Below are positions 53,114-64,000 of a stretch of 64,000 nt of DNA, in pieces. The DNA is from the human T2T-CHM13v2.0 reference genome, Homo sapiens, in the NCBI RefSeq assembly GCF_009914755.1, contig NC_060942.1; one strand, 5' to 3'. The translations under genes and the position numbers were made by a program. Numbering within the stretch: the first letter of the stretch is position 1; every line of letters begins with the position of its first letter. The notes under the pieces were generated by a model. It had not been told where the DNA came from and searched no databases. It saw only the letters and a program-made list of their open reading frames with translations.

Positions 53114-53520
53114 TGTATCAGTTAGCGTTTGCTGTATAACAAATGGCCACAAAATGTTGTGGCTTAAAACAACAACCATTTATCTAGTTCGGTGGTTTCA
53201 ACAGGCAGCTTATCTCTTCTGGACTGGTTCAGGAGGTCACTTACAGGGCTTTTGAAAGTGTGTCTGGGAAGCTGGTGAGTTGGCTGGTGGTTTGATGATC
53301 TAGTGTGGCCTCACTTATGTGTCTGGAAGTTGACAGGCTCTTGGGCAGGAATTGGCTGACTGTCAGCTGGGGTGCCTTTGTTCTTCTCCACAGGGGCTCT
53401 CAATTTCTAGCAGGCCAGCTTGGGCTTATCCACACGGTTGTCTCAGGGTTTTAAAGGTGGCAAAACAGGAAGTTGCAAGGTCTTTGAGGTCTAGACTTGG
53501 AACTTGTGCATTCTATTGAT
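53114..53520 (-). mobile_element. MaLR LTR (old MLT1 type)
   Basis: tgtatcagttagcgtttgctgtataacaaa...gtggcttaaaacaacaaccatttat...gctgactgtcagctgggg. Confidence 0.75.
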
Positions 53521-54359
53521 CATATGCACTGCCTGACTGAAGATGCTTTGCTGCTAAGATTTTGTGGTTATTTGCAGTTTATACAGCAGTTAAAACTTTT
53601 CCTTATGGCAGTGGGCACTTTCTTAGTTTCCATTTGCATTCTTAGAGGGCTGATGATTTCTCCTTTACTAAGAATTCTCTCTCTTTTAAAAAAATTTAAT
53701 TTATTACATATCCACTCTGTGCCAGGCACACAAAAAGATATAATGGTCATAGAGTATTCAGGGAGAATATGGAAAAGAGGGTAGAAGTGCTGTGTCTATC
53801 TGGCAGGGGCTTTAAAGAAAATAGGAAGACCTCCCCGAGAAAGCAAAGTTAAGGTTAAGTCTTGAAGGAAGTGCAGAAATTACCCATGTTTGGGAGTTGA
53901 GGGGAATGAGTGCAAGGATAAAATGGAATGTATAGAAAAAGATCACCCAGTACTGCTCCCTTAATTACAGTGAAGCCTGGAGACCCTCCCAATTGTACCG
54001 ACATTGAACAGAAGAGCAGGAACCTAGGCCTTCTGACCATCTGGTCTTGATTTGCACCAGGAATTAGGTGATCAAATAGATACATCTAAGTTAAGGCTAC
54101 CTTGGAAAGTCTACTCACAGATCTAATCATGTTTTATCTTGAGTTTTCTGATTCTACCTTCCTTATGAGAAGCTCCACATTCCCTTCCATCCTCGACTTC
54201 TATATATCTGTACAAGTGAAGATTTGCTCTAGGATTGAACTGGTGAATAACCCAAACAGATGTCTCCACTCGTAGCTCAGTGTGTTCCCTGTATACTCCT
54301 TTGGCCAATGAGGTACCTCTATGCAACCAGACATACTGTAGGTTGACCAACCCACATCA

Positions 54360-54845
54360 TCCATGCTACATGCAACATGTCGGAAAAAATAACCTGAAGG
54401 ACATTATACCAAGTGAAATAAACCAAATACACAAAGACAAACACTATATGATCTCACTTATGTGTGGTGACTATGTGAGGTGATGGATATGTTACTTCGC
54501 TTGATGGTGGCAATCATCTCACAATGTATCAAATCAACACATTGTACATCTGAAATATATATAGAAAGATAAAAAATGTATATCTAGAGAGATGAATAAA
54601 AATTATATATAGAGAGACAAAATTGTATACATACAGTGTATATATATGTAATTTGTATATATACACTGTGTATATATGTAATTTGTATATATATACACAG
54701 TGTATATATGTAATTTGTATATATACAGTGTATATATATGTAATTTGTATATATATACATGTGCTATATATATACACACACAGATATATTAATATATATA
54801 TATACAACTTTATATGTCAATTATACCTCAGCAAATCTAGAAAAA
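54360..54845 (+). mobile_element. L1MA-type 3' end containing an AT-rich minisatellite
   Basis: aacctgaaggacattataccaagtgaaata...tgatctcactta...tgaggtgatggatatgtta...tgtcaattatacctca. Confidence 0.8.
54625..54805. repeat. ~30-32 bp AT-rich tandem repeat (about 4 copies)
   Basis: Unit approximates ATACAGTGTATATATATGTAATTTGTATAT. Confidence 0.85.
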
Positions 54846-57619
54846 GGATACAACCATGCAGAAAATTTTATCAGATATTGTGTGGCTGCAGAAATGTATA
54901 AAAGGCCATAAATTTGATGGTAATGCTTCTAAATACTTGGCCTTTGGATTCTGCCTGAACTAGAAACGTGCTTCATTGCAGCATGCTGGTGCTCCTTCTG
55001 GCCATAATTCCCAGCTGTGGACCTGGGCCATCCCCACAAGCCAGAAGTCAACCATGATCTCCACCATTGGCCATTGCCAGCACTTTGCTGTATATAGACC
55101 TTAAAGCATTCTCACATTCATCATCTCATGGAATTCTCATAAAACTCCACCAGACAACTAGATAGAAAAGTCTTCATGTAGTGGATAAAGAAACAGAATC
55201 ATGGGAATTAAGAAACTTGCTCAAAGTGTCAATTAATGAGGGATTGATTTAGGACAGAAGGCCAGATCGTGAGCCTGCAGGAGCTGAAATTTCATGGAGA
55301 AATGCAGAACAAACATGATGTCTGGCATGACATCAGCGTGCACCCTCAGGGTCTCCTGAATTCTGGTGAAAGTCTTATCAAAGCCAACCAGGCAGGTGTT
55401 GGTATCTTCTTGGGCCCTTCTCTCTGATTTGACTTCCTTGCCCAAAGCTTGATGCCTACAACACCCACGTGATGCTTCCAGCCCTACATGCTCTTGTAGG
55501 TTCCAGAGTGCTTAGTCAGTGAGAAGCAGAGAAAACAAGGTTATTACTGCATATCACACACACCGTAAAACTTCTACCCTATGAAAGGCCATTTGCTGGT
55601 GGGGGAGCAGAGCCTTGAAGCCATGTCTTATTTAACCAAATCAATGCACACATATTGCCCAGCTGTTAGAAACGGAGAAAGGGCCACAGAAACTCCAAGG
55701 GAGAGGAAGCCTGGCTTAGAATATTTGACAAGAGGCGAGTGATTAGACTCTCTTTGTGTTGCTAAGGGCAGAACTAGGGCAAACTGCTGAGAGCATCAGG
55801 AAGCCCATTTTAATCTACCTCAAAGAACTTTTCTAAGCCTTTTGACCTGTCCAGAAGGAGAAGATTTTGTCTTAAGTAATTGTTTATGTGTCATTCATGG
55901 GAGTTGTCGGTCCCATAGCTGAAGAGCAAGAACTGACAAAAGAGGCTTTTTCAGTCAAACTAAAGCCCATCAATTTTTCTTTATTAGGCCCAGCCATTGG
56001 TCCTAATTTTAGATTCTGGAGCAGAATCAAATAAAGCTAATCACTGTTGCACATTTTACAAGAGGGGCTTGTAAATGAATTTCTAATTGGTGGAGTTTCA
56101 GGCATGGTTATGAAGTGAAATGAATTTCAGGCCAGGGAGATATTTTGGGGGCAGTGTGGGTTTTTTTCAGAGCCCTTAAATCATGCTACAGCGCTGACCA
56201 GCTACCATTCTGGATTGGATGGATGGGTGAGAAATTCACTTTAACTTTCGATTGCTGAAGATTTTTTTTGGTGGGGATGAAGTGGCATCAGTCAGGCATT
56301 AGAAGCTCTCTCTGAGTCTTTGGTAATGTCCTTTCCTCTTCAGACTCAGATGATCAAGTCTTCTCCTCCCCCTACCCTCCAATTTAGGAAATGGGTGTGC
56401 TGGATGGGGCAGGGGATGGAAGGGGCATTGCGCACATGATCCTCTACATCTTGTCATCCACTTGCTTGGGGATCTTTGTGGAAATATTCAAATTACTAGC
56501 ATAAGCAATGTTGATAGCACCCACAGGATGGGCCTGAGAAGAGCTCCACCAGCTCAGACAGCCCCTAGTACTACATGTGGCTGTCATTACTGGAGATGCC
56601 CTGGCTTCTTCCTTCATGGGCACTTTTAGCTGAGAGCAATATCTGGCAGCACCCAAGAGGCATTTGATCTTTCTGCTGAAAGTCACAAGTAGAGACAGGT
56701 GGCATTGCCATCAAGGCATGTCATTAGGGCCCCCTGCCTCCCATTTCCATGACACTTCCTTCCTTCCTGCCCTCTTTTTGTGTCATGCACATTGTTTTGG
56801 GCCACCTTGGGGCCCAAGTATGTTGGAAGCAATAATGTAGTTGGTAGCAATAGTGAGGTGCCAGTGGTTCACTGAGGCTTCAGTGAGGCAGCGAACCATT
56901 CAACTCAGTGAACTAGTGGTTCACTGAAGCTTCAATGAGGTAGTGAACCACAAGCACTATATAGGCCTATGTATGCCTGGCCGAGGGAGGATGGTACAAT
57001 CAATTTCCTGGATATTTCCAGCTCTCTCAGTCTTCTTTGTTCATTTAATCAACAAGTATTTTTCTTTTTTGGGTGGTAACAAGGAAACAGCCTGATCCTC
57101 CATTCTCCGTCTATGTATCCATCCTTTCATCCACCCAGATATGCACCCATGCATGTATCCATGCATGTATTCATTTGACAAGCACTTACTGGGTATTGAC
57201 ATAGAATCAGATACTGTCTTCATTACTAGGGACACACTCAGGGTAAAATGAAGTCCTTGAATTTTAGGAACTTATGAGCTAGCTGAGAGTCCTGCAAATA
57301 AACATGTCCTGCAAATACAATGATGCAATTGCTGCATTGGTTGTTTGCACAAAGGGCAGTAGGACCCAGGAAAGGCCTGATTGCCTGGGAGAGTAAGGAG
57401 GATGTGAAAGGAGACTTAATAGATGAGTTAGCATATTCCAGGCAGACAAGTAGTCAGCTAAAGGTATGTGCAGGATGCAGAGATAAGAGATGGCATCCCA
57501 TGTGTAGAGAGAAGTTCCCAGAAGGCAGGGGCTGTATCTCTTTTGCTCCTCATTAAACATCTGCTCATCGTGGACTCTTGCCCTTTCTATAATATATAGC
57601 TATACATATATTTTATAGT

Positions 57620-59400
57620 TTGTATACCTGAATTAAACTTTTACTTGTCAAACTAGCATATGTACATAATTACAAAATTCAAATTTTTGACAAGACTTAG
57701 GAAAAAAAAACCTAGCAGTTTTCTGGCTCATCCTTCCTTACTCCTGGGTCTTACTCCTTAGAAACACCATTTTCAAATTTTGAACAATTCTTGCTGGCAT
57801 TTAACTTCGTACTTCTAAATAATATGATATTATTATATCTATAGGCTATATTTTTTACCTTCTATCCACAGGAATTTAGGCTTTCTCTTTTTTAGCTATC
57901 ATACCATTCCTTTTCTTTCCTTCATCCTCCTAACACAGTTATATTCCTATTTTCTGCTTAGTGAATTTTTAGGATTTTCATATTTATATCTATAAAAATA
58001 TTCACAAAGGAATACAACTATGATTTTCCTTTTTAAACAATTGTTGGTTTTTCCGTGAGCTAATAATTGTCCAATTTAACAATTTGCCTAGTTTTCTATG
58101 TACCTATCACTGATTCTTTCCCAAAATCTCTGGCAGAGGTACCAAGATCTCCTAATAGAGTCAAACCCACTGGGTGACTGAACAGTGTTTTTTTGTTTGT
58201 TTGTTTGTTTTCTTGGAACCGCTTTTCCTTGGGCCCCAACCTCCTGCCTATTTGATTTGGACTGGCTGTCTCTGGGCCTGCTGCCTTGGTCTCCCCAAGC
58301 TCCTCGGATCACCTCATTCCTGGATGTCATATCCTCTTTGCTTTGCTCTCTTGCTTTGGTAAAGAGCCTTTTCCAGTTCTCATAAAAACATGCATGAGGG
58401 TAAAATTTTAAAACCCTTGCGTATCTGAATATGTCTTTATTTGCTCTTCACATTTCATTTACCATTTGGCTAGATATAGAATTTGAAGATGAAGGTGCTT
58501 TTTCCACAGGATTCTAAAGGCATTGTTCCATTGTGTTCTAGCTTCCAGTGTTCCTACTCAGAAGTCTCATGCCTCCTTGACTTCTACTCTTGTTACATGA
58601 TCTCTTTTGCACCTTTCTCTGAAAGTATTTATTTCTACTCTTTATCCCTGGTGTGTTGAAATTTCACAGTGGTATATCTAGGTTTGTCTCTTTTATTCAT
58701 TCATTATGTTTGATCTTTTGATGGACTCTTTAAATCTGGAATTTCATGCCCTTCAGTTCTGGAAATCTTTTTGGAATTTTTTCTTTGTAATTGCCTCCCT
58801 TGTTTTCTCTCAGATCTCTCATTAAAATTTCTTTTAAGAGACTATTGAACCTACTTGATAGATGCTTTAATTTTTCTTTCCTGCATTCCATCATGTTATC
58901 CTTTGTCTAGTTCCAATAATATTTATTGATTATATTATCTTCTAGAGATTGCTTATATTTATCATCTGGAATCTATTTATTTTTGTATTATGGGTATTCC
59001 ATATTTAATTCCCACATATTCTTTTTTAAATTTTTCTAATTATTTTATAATAACTTTCTGTTCTTATTGCATGGATACCTATCTTTTTTTTTTCTGAAGA
59101 TATTTACAGTTTTTTTTTTTTAAAGAATTTCTTTTCTGCTTGCTTTACTTTTGTTTCTTACAAGGCCCTATTTCCAATTTTTGTTCTTTTTTTTTTTTTT
59201 TTGTTAGAGCTCTTCTTAAGTGTCAGCTGGTGCTTGGCTATCTGTTTGTATTTCAGAATGAAGAACCACGTTGCTGACTGGAATTCTATCGTTACTGTTA
59301 GACTTTGTTGACTGATGGGCTTCAGTGTGGAGTGATTGGGTCCTGGAATTTTGTTAGCCAACTCTAAAGTCACAAGATTAGAAAGTTTGACTCTCTAGAT
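57620..59400 (-). mobile_element. Old L1M (ME-type) fragments
   Basis: T-rich antisense phrases (tctgaatatgtctttatttg, ttggctagatatagaatt, ggcattgttccattgt, tcagttctggaaat). Confidence 0.6.
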
Positions 59401-61460
59401 AGCAACCGTCCAGGTTTCTGTCTTGCTGTCAGCTTTCTGGGAGCCCTGTGGGTAAAGGAAAGGGGGTGTCTCACTATTTAGAGGACTTCACTTTATGTAG
59501 GGTGCTAGTTCTGAAGGAGACAGGCCTGAGGCCTGACCCTTAGGCCACCCATACTTAGGAATGAAGAAGAAGGTAGAGTTAATGATGGGGACACAGGAGT
59601 AGTCATAATGGCAAGAGGAGAGCCATGGAAGGGGAGATGATTAGCAGCATTGACTGTATCCCAATTGTCAAATCAGTTGACTTTGGGCAATCATTGAAGA
59701 TCTTCAATATTATAGTGGAGGTGGAATCTAACTTGTAGGATGAAGGAAGACAGAGGAAGGGAAGCTAGATGGTCCTGCAGAGACTGAACTCTCTGCCTCA
59801 CTATACCTTTTCCTTCCGTGGGCATTGCTGGCTCCAGTTCACCTGACTTCCAGAGGCACTGAGTAAATTCTAGAGAAACAAACAGCGTATGCACACAAGC
59901 CATCAGAACTGATGGGCAGGAGACAAGAGAGATTCTTAAATGTATGAAAGTAAAACAAATACTTTATTTAAGGAAAAGGCAACTTGGAAAAAAGAAAAGC
60001 CTAATAAATAACTCAGTACAGCTGGCTTAAGCACTTTAAAGCCAGTGTCTGTGATAAGCAATGAAAACATTAATATAAAATGCTTCACCATAAATGAGTA
60101 CAATTCAGGCTGATGTATTGCAGCTGAGCCGGCTGTCGGATGGCATGCTTTTAAAGTGATGTTTACAATCAGTATTTTTTTCTTTGGTAACTAGAAGGCA
60201 GAAGTGGTTGGAAGACTTTCCAGGGTGCAGCTATGAGCCTTGGGAGGGTGACAGCCCTGCCAAGTGGTTCATCCCCTTTTCTGCCCTGTTCCCAATCAGT
60301 TGGAGACAAGGCAGTTAGGAAGTCTCAGAGCAGGGTGGTTCTGAGCCTAAGCAGAGAGTTGGGAGCTGGATTCAAGTCAGTGGCCAGCTCTGAGGTCTGG
60401 AGACAGTGGATCAGTCTTTCTGGCCTCTTGGTTTCCCCAGCTAGTCCTGGAGGTCACAGAGGGTGTCTCCCAGAAGCTCTGAGCCCATTGCCTTCATACC
60501 CTGCTGAGTCTCCTTCTCTGGCCTGGAGTCTCTTGTTGACCATTGAGTTCCTCATCCTGTTTATTCAAAACGAGAATGTGTCTCACTTTGACATTTCTAC
60601 ATTTATAAAGTGGTGGGGGAAAATACCACCAGTCTTACCATGTCAACGTGGTTATGGAATAGTTAGGTAAACTAATGAGTATGAAGGAATGCAATGTAAT
60701 GCATTCTTTTTAACGAATGGGTAATCTGACATTCCTTCTTATTATGTGATAATAATAAGAGCAGCTCATGTTTGCTGAGTGCCAACTCCATGCTAAGCCA
60801 AGTAGTCCTCCCTGGAAGCACAGCCACTGCTTCCTCATGTGGGTCCTGGCTCTGTGTGGATGACCTTCTCATGGCCTCTGAAGCCTTTCTGTCTGCCTGT
60901 CTGCCTCAGGGATCCATGAGGATTTTGCTTCTCCCTGTTGCCAACACCTGTTTCTCCAACCTAGGTTTCTGGCAGTCCTGGCTGACTGGGAAATGGGAAG
61001 TGTTCTTTTTTTATTTTGTTCTGTTTTTTTCCTTTTCTGTTCATGAAACAATTTACAAGGCCTTTTCCTTGAAGGGTTCAGCTGTCAATCACTATGGGGA
61101 AAATAAACAAAACAGCAAAGACTGTGAAGAGGTCAAAGAAGCAGAGCTCTCTTCGTGGCTGTCACTGGCTGGTGGTTCCTGTATTCTTTTTTAAATGATG
61201 ACTTCAAAAGTTCCCAAGAAGGGGACTGAGAGCTTGTCTAGCCATGTCTGGGGTCTCACTGACAGCCCTTGACCACTTAGAAGTGAAACAAGTCTGCTCA
61301 GACTCTCACCCTGTGACCCTGGCTGCCAAGTCCTGTAGGGGCTGGATGTATTCTCAACTCCCCCCAGCCTGCATCAGGTGAGGAATTAGGCCGCTTCTCT
61401 GGGCCCCACAAAATTTCCCCCTGGACTTAGACAATCCTACACTGTTTCCTGTTAGTTTCT

Positions 61461-61746
61461 AGTTTCTTTCCTTTTTTTGAGATGGAGTTGCCCAGGCTGG
61501 AGTGCAGTGGTGCGATCTCAGCTCACTGCAACCTCCGCCTCCCTGGTTCATGTGATTCTGCTGTCCTCAGCCTCCTGAGTAGCTGGGATCACAGGCACCC
61601 ACGACCAAGCCCAACTAATTTTTGTATTTTAAGACGGGGTTTCACCACATTGGCCAGGCTGGTCTTGAACTCCTGACCTCAAATGATCTACCTGCTTCGG
61701 TCTCCCAAAGTGCTGGGATTACAGGCGTGAGCCACCATGCCTGGCC
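61461..61746 (-). mobile_element. AluS inserted at the end of an MLT1 LTR
   Basis: Antisense Alu with a short deletion near its 3' end; perfect TSD TCCTGTTAGTTTCT (61447-61460, 61747-61760). Confidence 0.9.
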
Positions 61747-62240
61747 TCCTGTTAGTTTCTTGTGGCTGCTGTCATAAATGACTGCAAGCCCAGTGGCATA
61801 AAACATAAAATTTTTTTATCTTACAATTCTGGAGGTCAGAAATGTGACCTAGGTCTCGCTGGGCTACAATCGGGGTGTTGGCAGGGTGGCCTTCTTTCCA
61901 GATGGTCTTGGGGTAAATTCTTCTCTTTTGCCTCCCTCAGCTCCTGGAGGCAGCCCACATTTCTTGGATCATAGCCCCCTTTGTCTTTAAAGTTATCCAA
62001 GTTTCGTGGAGTCTTTCGCAGACCACATGTCCTTGACACACACACTCATCTATCTTCTAAAGACCTGTGTGAGTATGCTGGGCCCACCCGAATAATCCAG
62101 GACACTCTATTTTAAGGTCAGTCGATTAGCAACATTATTTCCATCAACAAACTTAATCCCCCCTTACCATGTAGGGAACATATTCACAGGTTTGGGGGAT
62201 TAGGACATGGACATCTTTTAGGGGAGGCAGTTTTCTTTCT
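61747..62240 (-). mobile_element. MLT1 (C/D-like) LTR
   Basis: ttatcttacaattctggaggtcagaa...gggcccacccgaataatccagga...tattcacaggtttgggggattaggacatggacatct. Confidence 0.82.
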
Positions 62241-62718
62241 TTCATAACTGGTTACAATTGACTTCTGCTCCTTGAAATTTGTCCCTTTCCTCCTAATATA
62301 AGAAATATGAGCTGGAAAGACAGCTTCCAACTTCAGGTAAAGCTGGCCTTCTCGCCTGTCACCTGAAGTTCCTACATGGACAGACACTGGCCTAAGTTTC
62401 TCATAAAGAACCAGCAGATGCCAGCTTTCCAGGAAGCTCCCTCCCCCAGTAACCAGAAGCCTCTTCAAGGACCCTCTGTCCTTTGAAGACCTCACTCTTA
62501 GATCATATTTCTGGTCTGAGGGAGCCTCTGTTCATGGCGCAGTGCTGTGGCCAAGAGGCTGATATGCCTAGACACCACAAAGAATCCTGCTGCTGGGTGC
62601 GCTCTGCACCCACCCCACAAGGATTTTATGACACCCTCCAGGATTCCACTCTTGGGAATGGCCTCTAGAGTAAGAATTTGCCATCTAAAATAGTTTGAAC
62701 AATGGAAACAAGAATCCA

Positions 62719-62772
62719 TATGTGTGTGTGTATGTGCGTGTGTGTGTATGTGTATGTCTCTGTGTGTGTGTG
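62719..62772. repeat. Imperfect (TG)n microsatellite
   Basis: Direct reading. Confidence 0.85.
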
Positions 62773-64000
62773 TAATTTGTAAGACGGAAGGAGGAAAAGT
62801 TTGCCAACCACCTATCACAAGGTGATAGGCACTGCTCTGCGTGCCATGCCACCAATCCCATGCTCTGCACAGCAGGCTGCTATAGGGCTGCATTCTGGAT
62901 CCACCCCTGTGCCACTTTGGCCAAGCTACGGCAGCTCCTTGAGCTTCAGTTTTGTTGTTCCCCAAATGGGAAAGGCTAATTTGAAGAGTGAGGAAAAGCT
63001 GGCAGGTGTGTAGCTCCCTACTCCTCCCTGCACCACTTGCCTCTCCCCTCCCTTCTAACTCAGTTTTCCACACTTCTCTCTCATTCTCATTCTGCTTCAT
63101 TTCTTTCCAAAGAGCCTAGAAATAACATGTTGCTATTTTCAGCACCCCTTTCCCCCATCCTGACACATATACGTATACATATACACATACACACAAACAC
63201 ACATGCACACACACTGGATAGAGATGTGGAGATGGTGTGGCGATGCCTTGTCCTCCCCAAGTCAAGCCTGGTTTGTGCATGGAGAGGAGCTAAACCCACA
63301 AGAAGAAGAAACTGAGCACACAGCAGGAAGGCTTGAGCATTATGGCTGTAGGAGGGGAAGTATTTGGGATCATTTGAATTAACCATCCACACAGCTTTCT
63401 GATTTGAGAGCCCCATTCCATCACCCTGGCCCAGTACTGCTCTGCTGTGTCCTAAGCTCTTTCTCTTCTACCATAGGGATGCTGAGCAGGTGAGCAGCAC
63501 CACAGAGTGGGGAGTAGAGTGGGGGGATTGGTCAGCTGCTGAATCCACCAGCAATGATTTCTGGACCAGAATCAGCCCAAACAACATCCTTCCCTACTGG
63601 AAGAACCTACACACAAAGTGCCAGACAAACACGGCTCTTCAGCACTCCCTGATGGGTGCTGTGCTTCTTTCTAGACCCCATTTATAAATTTGAACTGAAC
63701 AGATGTATTACATGGAATACTTTAAAACATTATTAGGAACAGCTTTTGCATTAGTGGTAATAAATCCATACCGGCAGTTACTTCTTATTTTTGCCTGTTT
63801 GATAACTTGAAAAACAAATTCTTTTCCAGAATAAATTTGGGTAAATGGATTGGTGCCCTCTTTCCTTCACTACTCCTCTTCCCTCCTTACCAACCTACTG
63901 GTGCCCATGCCACCAGCCCTGCCCCACAGCACTGCTCAAGATGGAGGGAGGAAGGAGGACAGTGGAGATCTGCTTGGCTCTGACCCCAAATCCACTGTGT

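Noticed and set aside
62498-63100. 200-aa - strand ORF
   Set aside because: Runs through a (CA)n microsatellite (THTH repeats); no domain or exon evidence.

Overview
Human (primate) genomic DNA, not microbial. The left end holds the first coding exon of the neuronal RNA-binding gene CELF4 (BRUNOL4) on the minus strand (CDS 1257->972, GT donor at 971). Its 5'UTR is rich in simple repeats and it lies in a ~3 kb CpG island. The remaining ~61 kb is upstream non-coding sequence: Alus (one a young AluYa5), L1, L2, MIR, MaLR LTRs, DNA transposon relics and several enhancer-like unique blocks. No other protein-coding gene, RNA gene or CRISPR-like array is supported, and I found no convincing new biological system. 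The best leads are regulatory: a wide-spacer REST/RE1 site in intron 1, two MEF2 sites, uORF/start-stop elements and two in-frame start codons, and a possible divergent transcript. Also notable are an E-box cluster ~13 kb upstream, a possibly polymorphic AluYa5, retroelement strand bias, and three short duplicated-palindrome scars. Repeat family names and boundaries are read by eye and are approximate.
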